In this document: positions 9,957 to 19,856 of the stretch, one piece after another | How positions within the stretch are numbered: position 1 is the first letter of the stretch | How the letters are laid out: each line of letters opens with the position of its first letter | Notes under the pieces: model-generated | Databases searched by the model: none | The model's input: only the letters and a program-made list of their open reading frames with translations | What the model was told of the DNA's origin: nothing | Position numbers and translations under genes: made by a program | Virus record (IMG/VR): IMGVR_UViG_3300024999_000132 | Coordinates: 1-55,277 of that record | Strand: one strand, 5' to 3' | DNA length: 55,277 nt | Source: a virus | Taxonomy: Duplodnaviria; Caudoviricetes

Positions 9957-11351
9957 ATGAATAATAATTCCAATGAAAATTATATAATAATTCCTAATAA
10001 TGTAGTTCAAAATATTACAGTTGATACAATAAATAAAAATAGTTACATACAATTGTTTGGTAAAAGAACAGTGGCGTACCTTAAACAATTAATTGAGTTA
10101 CAAAATCATAGAGAAGATATTCATGTTTCTGTAGATATGATTATGTGGTTGTTGAATGTTGAAAACAATATTAAACGTGAAAAAGTATATTTTAAAGATT
10201 TCTTATCTGAATTAAGTAAAAACTCATTGATTAGTTTAGTTAATGAAATTAATCTCTTATCTTTAAGTGCAAGTGATTTCATTATTGTAAAACTAAATAT
10301 ATATGATTATAAGGAAGATAAAGATGGCAATAAATACAAAACAAGTTTCTTTATACTTAAAGATTCTGAATATAATTCAATCATGTCTTATTCAGGTAAT
10401 TTAGATAAGTATAACTTACTTAACCTATTTTGTAATCTTAAAAGTAGAATGTGGAAAAATGATAAAGACGCTTCTCCTGCTGAAAGAATACCAGAGGTAG
10501 CATATCCTTCTTATGATACTATAATGAGAGATATATTTATTGAAAGTGATAAAACACTTAAACAATATATAGATACATTGGTTGAATTGGATTTAATACG
10601 TTTTGATTGTGCAGGAGATATGATTTTTAATATTAATGGATCGCAACCTATTAGAAGAAAATCTAATTTTACATATGCTTTATTTAAACCACAGTGGGAA
10701 TTAGAGTTAGAACATGCAATATCTTTATTTAAAAGTAGGAAAAGAGCTAATGGATGGGAGTTTTTAACTAAGGATAAAGAAATATCAGCAAATGAGAAAA
10801 GATCAGTTACGCAGAAAATAAATATGTTGGATAAATTATCTATAGATTCTACATTAACTCAAATACAAAAGAAAGAATTGGTAAAACTAAAACGTCAACA
10901 AGAGAAATGGAAGTTAGAATATGATAATAAAGTAGATATTAGAAAACTTGAGGAAGATAAACTATTAGCAAATAATCCAAATCAAGAGTTATCGGAAATA
11001 TATGAAGAAATGGGATGTGAGAGAAAAGCAGATAGAGCAGAAGCAATTGAAGAATCTATTATCTATGATACTCGTTCAGCCACAGAAATTAAAGGTATAG
11101 GACTTCAGAATAAGAAACAAAAACCATTACCTATACCAAAAATATATAATGAAGATAACGAAGAACCTGATATATTTGAAGATTTATTTGGAGATGAGGA
11201 AGAAAATGATTATTGGGATATAAGTAATCTTACAATTGAAGAACAGAAAGCTATGCAAGAAATAGAAGATTTAAACCATGATCAAATACCTTTAGATGTA
11301 TTACAAATGATTGAGAATGAATTGAATGAAAGAAATGAGGATGAAGAATAA
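9957..11351 (+). CDS. putative replication initiator / winged-helix DNA-binding protein
   Basis: YIIIPN start, VAYPSYDTI...SDKTLKQYIDTLVELDLI wHTH pattern, acidic tail, preceded by iterons. Confidence 0.6.
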   Translation: MNNNSNENYIIIPNNVVQNITVDTINKNSYIQLFGKRTVAYLKQLIELQNHREDIHVSVDMIMWLLNVENNIKREKVYFKDFLSELSKNSLISLVNEINLLSLSASDFIIVKLNIYDYKEDKDGNKYKTSFFILKDSEYNSIMSYSGNLDKYNLLNLFCNLKSRMWKNDKDASPAERIPEVAYPSYDTIMRDIFIESDKTLKQYIDTLVELDLIRFDCAGDMIFNINGSQPIRRKSNFTYALFKPQWELELEHAISLFKSRKRANGWEFLTKDKEISANEKRSVTQKINMLDKLSIDSTLTQIQKKELVKLKRQQEKWKLEYDNKVDIRKLEEDKLLANNPNQELSEIYEEMGCERKADRAEAIEESIIYDTRSATEIKGIGLQNKKQKPLPIPKIYNEDNEEPDIFEDLFGDEEENDYWDISNLTIEEQKAMQEIEDLNHDQIPLDVLQMIENELNERNEDEE

Positions 11352-13172
11352 ATGAAAAAAGCTTTAGATCAGAATAATAAAATGGTAGATATTATTGAGT
11401 CAACATCTAATAATACATATCATTGCCCAGTTTGTAAAAAAGAATTAATAAGAAATTTTGGTGCAGTCAAACAATTCTATAGTCATCAAAAAGATGTTGA
11501 TGCTACAGACTGTGAGATTAAAATGAAACTCATAATAAAAGAAGATAAATCAATCTTCCAACAATCAGAATCAAATATATTATCTACAGAATTTTATAAT
11601 AAACAATTTGATGATGTAGAAGTAGAAATGTCTGATTATATGTCAGAAGAGGGGTATTGGTTAACGAAGGAGCAGAAGGATATTATCTTTAGTACAGAGA
11701 ATAGGGTTAAGGTATCAGCATTGGCTGGCAGTGCTAAGACAAGCACAATTTATTATTACTGTAAAGAACGCCCCTTTAGTAAAATTCTCTATCTAGTTTA
11801 TAACAAATCTCAAAAGGATTCTGCCATGTTAACCTTCGGAAAGCTAAAAGGAGTTTCAGTGATGACCGTTCACGGATTGGCATTTGGTATAGTGGGTAGA
11901 TTCTATAAGGACAAATTAACATTTAATTATGGTGTTGTAGACATTATTAAGGATCTTAATCTTAATTGGAATAAAGATATGGAGCTTGCAAATAAAGTCA
12001 ATGAATTAATGAAGCAATATATGCTATCTAACGTTCAAGAATTTGAAGAATTAGAAATATTTAAAGAAGATGATATGAGAAGTAAGATACTATCATGTGC
12101 TCATAGATTGTGGGAATTAAAAAAATCATATAAGAACTCCGTAAAGATTGAGCACGATTTCTATCTTAAGCTCTATCAGCTCGAAAAGAAAGATTTATCG
12201 TCGAAATATGACATAATTTGTCAGGATGAGGCACAGGATCAGAATCTTATGATGCTTGATATAATTATAAATTCTAATGTTAAATCTGTCGTAATGATTG
12301 GAGACAAATTTCAGTCTATATACGGTTTTCGCAATGCTATTAATATTATGCCATTATTTGAAGCCACAGAATATAAATTAACAACATCGTTTCGAGTATC
12401 ACAAAATATTGCACATATATCTAATTTGATCATTTCAGATTTTGTTGGTGATGATATTAAGATGAAAGGATTTAATTCTAAACAGACTATTGTAGACAAA
12501 ATTGATAAATCCAAACCTTATGCTTGCCTATGTCGCACTAACGCATATATCTTTTCTGAGATTGCTGATGCTTTAAGTGAAGATAAGAATAAGAGATTAT
12601 TCTTCGAGGGTGGATATCAATCTTATAATTTTACTAATTTAGTCGATATGTATTGGTACAGCCAAGGTCATCCAACAAAAAATAAAATATTGTCTAAATT
12701 TAAAGACTATAATGCTATGTGCGAGTATAGTAAAAAGACAGAGGATATTGAGTTATTGTCTTTAATACGAATGGTAGATAAATATGGTAGTAATATTGTG
12801 AGTATTGTAGAAGGAATTAAAAACAATGCGACAACTAATAAAGATAAAGCAGATATTATATTTTCTACATGTCATAGGGCGAAGGGTGCTACTTATTCTA
12901 TTCCGGTATACATAAGTGGAGATCATTTAGATATAGAAAGTTTGTATAGGAGAAAATATATTACTCCAAGAGAAGAACTTAGCAAGGCAGATATAGAAAA
13001 TTTGGAAAAGGATATCAGTCAAGAAATTTATATCATTTATGTCGCCATAACTCGTGCCAGTAGGAGTGTAGAAATTTCAGATAGCATTAAAAGATATTTA
13101 TTAATGAGATATAATCATATTGGACATGAATTACATAATGTAATAAATAAAAATAATAAAGAGGAGGTATAA
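11352..13172 (+). CDS. UvrD/REP-type SF1 helicase with N-terminal Zn domain
   Basis: ALAGSAKT, DEAQD, GDKFQSIYGFRNA, STCHRAKG, YVAITRA; N-terminal CPVC. Confidence 0.9.
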   Translation: MKKALDQNNKMVDIIESTSNNTYHCPVCKKELIRNFGAVKQFYSHQKDVDATDCEIKMKLIIKEDKSIFQQSESNILSTEFYNKQFDDVEVEMSDYMSEEGYWLTKEQKDIIFSTENRVKVSALAGSAKTSTIYYYCKERPFSKILYLVYNKSQKDSAMLTFGKLKGVSVMTVHGLAFGIVGRFYKDKLTFNYGVVDIIKDLNLNWNKDMELANKVNELMKQYMLSNVQEFEELEIFKEDDMRSKILSCAHRLWELKKSYKNSVKIEHDFYLKLYQLEKKDLSSKYDIICQDEAQDQNLMMLDIIINSNVKSVVMIGDKFQSIYGFRNAINIMPLFEATEYKLTTSFRVSQNIAHISNLIISDFVGDDIKMKGFNSKQTIVDKIDKSKPYACLCRTNAYIFSEIADALSEDKNKRLFFEGGYQSYNFTNLVDMYWYSQGHPTKNKILSKFKDYNAMCEYSKKTEDIELLSLIRMVDKYGSNIVSIVEGIKNNATTNKDKADIIFSTCHRAKGATYSIPVYISGDHLDIESLYRRKYITPREELSKADIENLEKDISQEIYIIYVAITRASRSVEISDSIKRYLLMRYNHIGHELHNVINKNNKEEV

Positions 13173-13173
13173 A

Positions 13174-14607
13174 ATGATAAGAAAAGTATTTTTAGAAGAA
13201 CTACCAAAACTTAAAGGGAGAGGTAAAAGTAGTGGTAAAACAATAAACGATTGGTTGTCTAGTGTTGGTCATAGTTTTAAATTTATATATGATAATATTA
13301 AAGGAGTTGTTGAAATAGTAGATTATAATAAAAAATCACATGAATTAAGTGTTAAATATTTAAATAAAATCTTTAAAATAAATACAAGTTTAGTTATAAA
13401 TGCTCAATTGGGAACTGTAATAGGAATATCTAGAATATACTTCAAATATAATATAGGAGATATAGTCAATACTGATTTTGGAAGGTTGAAAATAATTAAC
13501 AGTTATAGACATAATGATAATAATTCAAAAAGATATGATTATTTATGTTTAAATTGTTCAAATACGGATAGTATGACTGAATCAGAATTAATTAGTGGAA
13601 CAGGTTGTAATGTTTGTTGTCCAACGCCTAGAAAAATATTAATAGGATATAATGATATAGGTACTACAAATCCGTGGATGGTTGAATCTATGATAGATAA
13701 AACAAATGCTACCAAATATACGTATGGAAGTAACCAAAGAATATTATTCAAATGTTTAGAATGTGGTGAACCAAAACTTATGAAAATATGCGACTTCTTT
13801 AGTAGAGGAATATGTTGCAATAAATGTGGAGACGGAGTTAGTTTTCCAAATAAAATTGGATATAATTTATTATCACAAGTAAAAATAGATTTTGATATAG
13901 AAAAAATGTTTGAATGGTGCATATACATAGATCCTAAAAAGAATAAACAATGTAAAGGAAGATACGACTTCTATTTCAAATTTGATAATAAGGAATATAT
14001 TGTCGAAATGGATGGAGAATTTCACACAAAAGATAATGGTATGAGTGGTCAAAAAGCAGAAGACGCAAAATATATAGATGATATGAAGGATGAATTAGCA
14101 AAGCAAAATAATATTAAAGTTATAAGGATTGATTGTTGTCCTAGTAGTTTTGAACATATAAAAGAGAGTATATTAAATAGCGAATTAAATACTTTATTTG
14201 ATTTATCTAATATAGATTGGGAAGAATGTAATAAATACGCATTATCAACTAAGGTTAGAGAAGTTTGTGATCTATGGAACAGTGGTATAAAAAATGTTAC
14301 AGAGTTATATGCTCTTGTTAAATCAAGCAAACCAACAATTGCTACATATTTGACAAGAGGGGCAGAGTTAGGATGGTGTGATTATAATGGACAAGAAGAA
14401 TTAACTAAACGCACTATTAGAAATAATAAGAAAAATTTATCAAAGCCATTGATATGTATAGAGACTAGTGAAATATTTGAATCCACTTCTGAATGTGCTA
14501 GAGTTAGCGAAGAAGTATTTGGTATGAAATTGTTCCAACCCAATATATCTGCTGTATGTAGAAAAGTTTTACCGTCATATAAAGGATTACATTTTGAGTA
14601 TATATAA
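13174..14607 (+). CDS. Zn-ribbon + PD-(D/E)xK/Vsr-like endonuclease with NUMOD1-like C-terminus
   Basis: CxxC pairs, RYDFYF..IVEMDGEFH, D..KDELA...IKVIRI, ISAVCR..YKGLHF. Confidence 0.75.
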   Translation: MIRKVFLEELPKLKGRGKSSGKTINDWLSSVGHSFKFIYDNIKGVVEIVDYNKKSHELSVKYLNKIFKINTSLVINAQLGTVIGISRIYFKYNIGDIVNTDFGRLKIINSYRHNDNNSKRYDYLCLNCSNTDSMTESELISGTGCNVCCPTPRKILIGYNDIGTTNPWMVESMIDKTNATKYTYGSNQRILFKCLECGEPKLMKICDFFSRGICCNKCGDGVSFPNKIGYNLLSQVKIDFDIEKMFEWCIYIDPKKNKQCKGRYDFYFKFDNKEYIVEMDGEFHTKDNGMSGQKAEDAKYIDDMKDELAKQNNIKVIRIDCCPSSFEHIKESILNSELNTLFDLSNIDWEECNKYALSTKVREVCDLWNSGIKNVTELYALVKSSKPTIATYLTRGAELGWCDYNGQEELTKRTIRNNKKNLSKPLICIETSEIFESTSECARVSEEVFGMKLFQPNISAVCRKVLPSYKGLHFEYI

Positions 14608-14718
14608 ACTATAAAATAACATAATCAAATTAATAGTAGGAGGGGCATACAATAAACATATTAATCACAAATCTTCCCTCCTACATACCTTATATATAAA
14701 AAGGAGATGCCATAATAA

Positions 14719-16317
14719 ATGTTCAATAATAACCCAGACTTCTACCCAACACCTCATGCCCTAATCACAAAAATGCTAGATAAAATTGACTTCAAATATA
14801 TCTCCAGTATTCTTGAAAATTCAGCAGGGAAAGGGGATTTAGCAGACGCTATAATTGAAAAATTAAAAAATGCTCATAGTTCCTATTACAATCGCGAAGC
14901 AAAGTGGGATTTGGATTGTATTGAGATTGATGAAAATTTAAGACATATCCTCAAAGGTAAAGGGTATAGAGTTATTCATGATGACTACTTAACTTACAAC
15001 ACATATAAACATTATGATGCAATTATTTCTAATCCACCGTTCAGTATTGGAGATAAATTTTTATTGAAAATGATTGAGATGCAAGAATCTCAAGGTGGAG
15101 TGATAGTTTCATTATTAGGAGCAGAAACCCTCCGCAATCCATACAGCAACACCAGAAAAGAATTACTAGATAAATTAGAACATTACAATGCAGAAATCGA
15201 ATATATACAAAATGCTTTTATTGATGCTGAAAGATCAACAAATGTAGAGGTTGCTCTCATATACATCTCAATTCCTAAGCCAGAACATTCCTCTATAATT
15301 CTAGATGATTTAATGAAACAAGAGCAATTCAGAGAAGAAGTTCATTATAATAATGAAATTGTAAATGCTGATTTTCTCAAAGGAATTGTTCAGAAATATA
15401 ATTTCGAAGTTAAAACAGGATTAAGATTAATTGCTGAATTTAATGCAATGAAACCTTATATATTATCTTCTTTTAAAGATGATAGTAGTAATACTATATT
15501 AAATCTAACTGTTACTGATAAAGATCAAAATTCTTCAATTGAAAATGCTTATATTAAAAATGTCAGAATGAAGTATTGGTTGGCACTCTTCACAAATGAA
15601 GACTTTATGGGACTATTCACATCTAATTTGAGGGAAAAGTATCAATCTAAGATTAGTGAATTGAAAAATTATGATTTTAGTCTTTATAACATCCACACAA
15701 TCAAAATCCAATTAAACAATGAAATGGTAAAAGGCGTAGAGGATACTATACTTAAATTGTTTGATGAATTTTCTTATCAGTCATCATGGGATAAGGAGTT
15801 TAGTAAAAATATTCATTACTATAATGGGTGGAAAACTAATTCTTGTTGGAAGGTAAATCCTAGAATAATTATTAGACTGAATGGTTTTAATACTTATGAC
15901 GGTTCAATAGAATATGATTATAAAGTTAAGAATAAATTAGGAGATATTCAGAAGACTTTTGATTATTTAGATAATGGATTAACCGATGATATTAATATTA
16001 AAGACACTTTAGAATCTGCTAGAGGGTATGGGAATACAAAAAAGATTAAGTTAAAACATTTCACTGTCACTTTCTATAAGAAAGGAACTTGTCATATTGA
16101 ATTTAGCAATTTAGATTTATTAGGGAAATTTAATATTTTTGGGTCACAGAGACACAATTGGCTTCCACCATCTTATGGGAAGAAGAATTATAATGATATG
16201 ACTCAAGAAGAAAAGATTATAATTGATGAATTTGAAGGAAAAGATTCTTATGATAATGTCATGAGCAACAAAGAGTATTTTATAGTTGAAACTTCTAAAT
16301 TATTAATGTTGACATAA
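14719..16317 (+). CDS. SAM-dependent N6/N4 DNA methyltransferase with DUF4942-like C-terminus
   Basis: FYPTP, LENSAGKG, NPPF motif IV, FYKKGTCHIEF, WLPPSYG. Confidence 0.88.
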   Translation: MFNNNPDFYPTPHALITKMLDKIDFKYISSILENSAGKGDLADAIIEKLKNAHSSYYNREAKWDLDCIEIDENLRHILKGKGYRVIHDDYLTYNTYKHYDAIISNPPFSIGDKFLLKMIEMQESQGGVIVSLLGAETLRNPYSNTRKELLDKLEHYNAEIEYIQNAFIDAERSTNVEVALIYISIPKPEHSSIILDDLMKQEQFREEVHYNNEIVNADFLKGIVQKYNFEVKTGLRLIAEFNAMKPYILSSFKDDSSNTILNLTVTDKDQNSSIENAYIKNVRMKYWLALFTNEDFMGLFTSNLREKYQSKISELKNYDFSLYNIHTIKIQLNNEMVKGVEDTILKLFDEFSYQSSWDKEFSKNIHYYNGWKTNSCWKVNPRIIIRLNGFNTYDGSIEYDYKVKNKLGDIQKTFDYLDNGLTDDINIKDTLESARGYGNTKKIKLKHFTVTFYKKGTCHIEFSNLDLLGKFNIFGSQRHNWLPPSYGKKNYNDMTQEEKIIIDEFEGKDSYDNVMSNKEYFIVETSKLLMLT

Positions 16318-16352
16318 TTAAATTTTCTTAAACCATAAAATAAAATTAATCC

Positions 16353-16381
16353 TTGACACACAAATAAATCCATGCTATAAT
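16353..16381 (+). promoter_or_regulatory. sigma-A promoter
   Basis: TTGACA-17 nt-TATAAT with TG extension. Confidence 0.8.
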
Positions 16382-16489
16382 TATCACATAGGCAAGGGGG
16401 CGGTATGGTTTACATATTCATCATCACAATACTCACCAACCTACCCCTTGCCTAAAAATCAAATAAATAAAATATAACAAAGAAAGGAG

Positions 16490-16765
16490 GTGAATAATAT
16501 CACTACAGTAAATGAATATATTGATTGTCAACATTGTGGCAACAGAATCGCTAATAAACATACTCTAGAAGAAGGAGATTACTCAAAACCTATAATAATT
16601 GTTCCAATATGTTCTCAAATTGTAAAAGTAGAAATACAAGGGTGTGAATCTCGTGCAATGGATTTTTGGGATAGTGATAGTACAGGATATTTTCTTAAAA
16701 CTAAATTAAAATGCAATTGTTGCAAAAGACATACTACAATTAAAACATTTTGTTGGGCAAGGTAA
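16490..16765 (+). CDS. small Zn-ribbon hypothetical protein
   Basis: CQHC and CNCC motifs; RBS-like AAAGGAGG nearby, exact start uncertain. Confidence 0.6.
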   Translation: MNNITTVNEYIDCQHCGNRIANKHTLEEGDYSKPIIIVPICSQIVKVEIQGCESRAMDFWDSDSTGYFLKTKLKCNCCKRHTTIKTFCWAR

Positions 16766-16795
16766 ATAAAAATAGAAAAGAAGAGGTGAAAACAA

Positions 16796-17038
16796 ATGAT
16801 ACTAACCACAAATCAACTAACAAAACTAAAACAATTACTATTCTCTCAAAACCTAGAAGATGAAGAAAACCCTAATAAATGCATGGAATGTAAATAAAAT
16901 GATCCAACGTACTGTGAATTCTCTGATATATGTAATAAATATGGTTATATTTTGGTTAATACAGAGAATGGGAATATATTAGAGGATTTATTTGATACTA
17001 TTGAGTATTTGGATAAATTACTTAGAGAAGGAAGATAA
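16796..17038 (+). pseudogene. small gene with internal in-frame TAA
   Basis: GAGGTG RBS, ATG 16796, TAA 16895-16897, frame then continues to TAA 17036-17038 (CMEC..C..C Cys pattern spans the stop). Confidence 0.5.
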
Positions 17039-17067
17039 ATTGATTAAATTAATTAATAAATAATTAT

Positions 17068-17097
17068 TTGACACATTGTGAAAACTAATGTTATAAT
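17068..17097 (+). promoter_or_regulatory. sigma-A promoter
   Basis: TTGACA-18 nt-TATAAT with TG extension. Confidence 0.7.
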
Positions 17098-17125
17098 AAT
17101 TAAGTAACAAAGGATGTGAAAAGGA

Positions 17126-17530
17126 ATTCTAAAATACATTGGTGTTTATACAATCTTCCATCAAGAAAACAGTGACGGAAAACCTAGTAAAAACAAAGAT
17201 GACAATTATATTAAATCAAAAAACAATCAAGTTTACAGATATTCAGATGATACCTTGGCTATCCTTCTTCCAAGTGGTTCTAGTACAGTAAATAATTTGC
17301 TCCCAAAGTTTGAAGCAGAAGGAATAAAAGTATGGAATATAATAAGTCCAGAGGTGTGCGAGGAAGCAATTCTAGGTGTGGAAGAAAAGGATATTCATAA
17401 GATACATAATATCATGAAATTTATGAAGATGGGTAGCAAAGATCAGTTAAAAACCTACAATGAAAAACAAAAAGCAAAAGAAGAAAAGTTAAAACTCAAA
17501 GAATCAATAAATAATATTTCTAATACATAA
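17126..17530 (+). CDS. hypothetical protein, probable ATT start
   Basis: track ORF 17255..17530 stays open upstream to ATT 17126, preceded by AAGGATGTGA. Confidence 0.55.
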   Translation: MLKYIGVYTIFHQENSDGKPSKNKDDNYIKSKNNQVYRYSDDTLAILLPSGSSTVNNLLPKFEAEGIKVWNIISPEVCEEAILGVEEKDIHKIHNIMKFMKMGSKDQLKTYNEKQKAKEEKLKLKESINNISNT

Positions 17531-17783
17531 TATAAAGTATAAAATTTAATTATAAACTACTTCTAAGGCTTCGCATTTTTGATTTGACATAATCTTACCT
17601 GACAAAAAATCTGATTGATTCTAGGCCCAAATATGTGAATTATGGATAATTACAGAGTCTTGAATCCTTACTCTCACAAGGGTTACAAGGTTATGGTAAA
17701 TATTAGGATAATCACATAAATTAGAGACATATATCTAAGGATATAATAATACAAAAAATAAAATAAGAAAGAGGTAATAAAAT

Positions 17784-18179
17784 TTGAAAACATATTATTT
17801 TAATGGAAAACTCCTACTAGATGAAACAAATAAAAAAATGAATTACATAATTGAGGACAAATTAACAAAAGAACAAACATCTATAACCAGCATCTTAGAT
17901 AATATTTTTAACTCATCAAAATTTGATAATAAATTAGTAAGAGTTTTGGGTAGAGTTTATAATCATGATTCAATTAAAGATTTAAATGGCATGGGAAATT
18001 TATTAATGTGTAGAAGCAATTCTTCTCGCGTAGAGGGATATTGCATTGGGTCATTACAACTTGAAAACAAATTATTTGATGCTGTAAATTTTGATGTAGA
18101 AATTTATTTAGAGGACTATACTGACTTTGTATTTTCGGAGGCGATGATTCGTAATGAAGATGCAAAATCGATTTCATAG
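17784..18179 (+). CDS. hypothetical protein
   Basis: 131 aa, GAGGT RBS, TTG start. Confidence 0.7.
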   Translation: MKTYYFNGKLLLDETNKKMNYIIEDKLTKEQTSITSILDNIFNSSKFDNKLVRVLGRVYNHDSIKDLNGMGNLLMCRSNSSRVEGYCIGSLQLENKLFDAVNFDVEIYLEDYTDFVFSEAMIRNEDAKSIS

Positions 18180-18345
18180 AATTAAGGAGGAATTAGATAG
18201 TGATATTTCCGAGTCATGTTACTATTGTTCCAAGGAATTATCAAATATAAAATATATATTTGTCAGTGTAGATAAAGATAGATACATATGCGGTGAATGT
18301 TCGGAAAAAATGGATATAGAAGTTGTCAATTGTATGGATTATTAG
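18154..18345 (+). CDS. small Zn-finger protein
   Basis: CYYC...ICGEC. Confidence 0.6.
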   Translation: MKMQNRFHRIKEELDSDISESCYYCSKELSNIKYIFVSVDKDRYICGECSEKMDIEVVNCMDY

Positions 18346-18375
18346 ATTAGATTAAGAAAGGAATAATAAATAATC

Positions 18376-18636
18376 ATGTATAGTAATTGTCTATTACAAT
18401 CAATAAAACAATACATATTAAATCCTACAAATATAAAAATACATAAACGAGGTTCATGGTTAGATATTTTCCAATTAAAATGGCCCCACTTCTATTGGTT
18501 AGATTTAAGAGATAATCATTATTATCATTACTGTGCTAAATTTTCTGATGAACCATTTTTGTGTGAGATATGGTTTAAAGGTGAGATTAAAAGATTCTTA
18601 TGGCATGATAAGAGTGAAAGGAGAGAAGAAATATAA
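18376..18636 (+). CDS. hypothetical protein
   Basis: 86 aa, AAAGGA RBS. Confidence 0.65.
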   Translation: MYSNCLLQSIKQYILNPTNIKIHKRGSWLDIFQLKWPHFYWLDLRDNHYYHYCAKFSDEPFLCEIWFKGEIKRFLWHDKSERREEI

Positions 18637-18795
18637 TGAAACAAACTATCATATTAAAATGGCACGTTACACCATTAGATAAATGGAAAGATGCAAGAAT
18701 TGATCAGATGTATTTTATGAAAAACCGTGAGACGAGTAGAAATTAATTAGATTGCTTTGATAAATTAAAAAAAATAATAAAGGAGATATAAAATA

Positions 18796-19158
18796 ATGGC
18801 ATTAAAAGATTATAAATATAATGATAATAAATGTATAGTCAATAATCATTCAGAATTTGTAAGATTATTAAAATGGTTTCTTAAACATGGAGCAGAAGAT
18901 TATGTAGGAAATGATATTCCTATGTTTGAAAATGTGTGGGACATTTGTGAAGAATTAGATGTTAAATATGAAGATTATGATTATGTTGATGATATTGAAG
19001 ATGCAGTAAAGAGATTTAGTTATGATTTAGATTATTTTATTGATGGAGCCAGAATTTCCTGTATTTGTAGAATTGAAGCAGGGCATGACGACGAGGGCGT
19101 TTATGAAGGAATTTTGAATGATTACTTTGATGAGGAATATGAGTGCAAGGAAGATTAG
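18796..19158 (+). CDS. acidic hypothetical protein
   Basis: 120 aa, AAGGAG RBS. Confidence 0.7.
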   Translation: MALKDYKYNDNKCIVNNHSEFVRLLKWFLKHGAEDYVGNDIPMFENVWDICEELDVKYEDYDYVDDIEDAVKRFSYDLDYFIDGARISCICRIEAGHDDEGVYEGILNDYFDEEYECKED

Positions 19159-19430
19159 ATTTAGAATGTAGATAGTGTATAAGGAGAGTTTTAATACTCT
19201 CCTATCCCTATTACAATAATCAAAGATTAGGAGTGATAAATATGAATAGTATGAATAATAAAATTGGAAGTCCTAAAGATTGGTACATTTATAGCAGACT
19301 TGACTATTTTAATAAAATTGTTAAAAATACTGGAGAATGTATTACTAGGAAGATGACTGATGAAGAGAAGATTAAGTATTGTTGTAAGTGATAAAATTAA
19401 TATTGAAAAATACGAGAGGTGGAATAGAAA

Positions 19431-19856
19431 ATGCTTTTATGTTTAAATTGCTACAAAATATATAATCAGAAAACTATAAAGAACAATATGTGTAAGATTA
19501 AAGAGTGCTATGGTGATGTAGTAGAAATTGATGAATTATTTGTTCCAGTGATTGCTGAATTAAATAGGAAGGGTTATAGGACTAGGTATTGCTGTAGTGG
19601 TCATTATACTAAGGATTCAATAACAACTTATATTATGTTTGAAGATTTTATTGAATTACCTTCTTTACCTGAAGGATATAATTATGATGTAGATTGGACA
19701 ATTAGAAATGGTAATACTGATATTGAGAAGTATATTGATAAAAATAAAAGCTTCAATGAATTAAGTAAAGATATTTTTAATAATGCGGTTAGTGTGTTGG
19801 AATGGGCAGAGGGGCTGAAAGAGTTAAATGAAAAAGTAGGAGGAATTATTAATTGA
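19431..19856 (+). CDS. hypothetical phage protein
   Basis: CLNC..C..C and LNRKGYRTRYCCSGH motif. Confidence 0.75.
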   Translation: MLLCLNCYKIYNQKTIKNNMCKIKECYGDVVEIDELFVPVIAELNRKGYRTRYCCSGHYTKDSITTYIMFEDFIELPSLPEGYNYDVDWTIRNGNTDIEKYIDKNKSFNELSKDIFNNAVSVLEWAEGLKELNEKVGGIIN

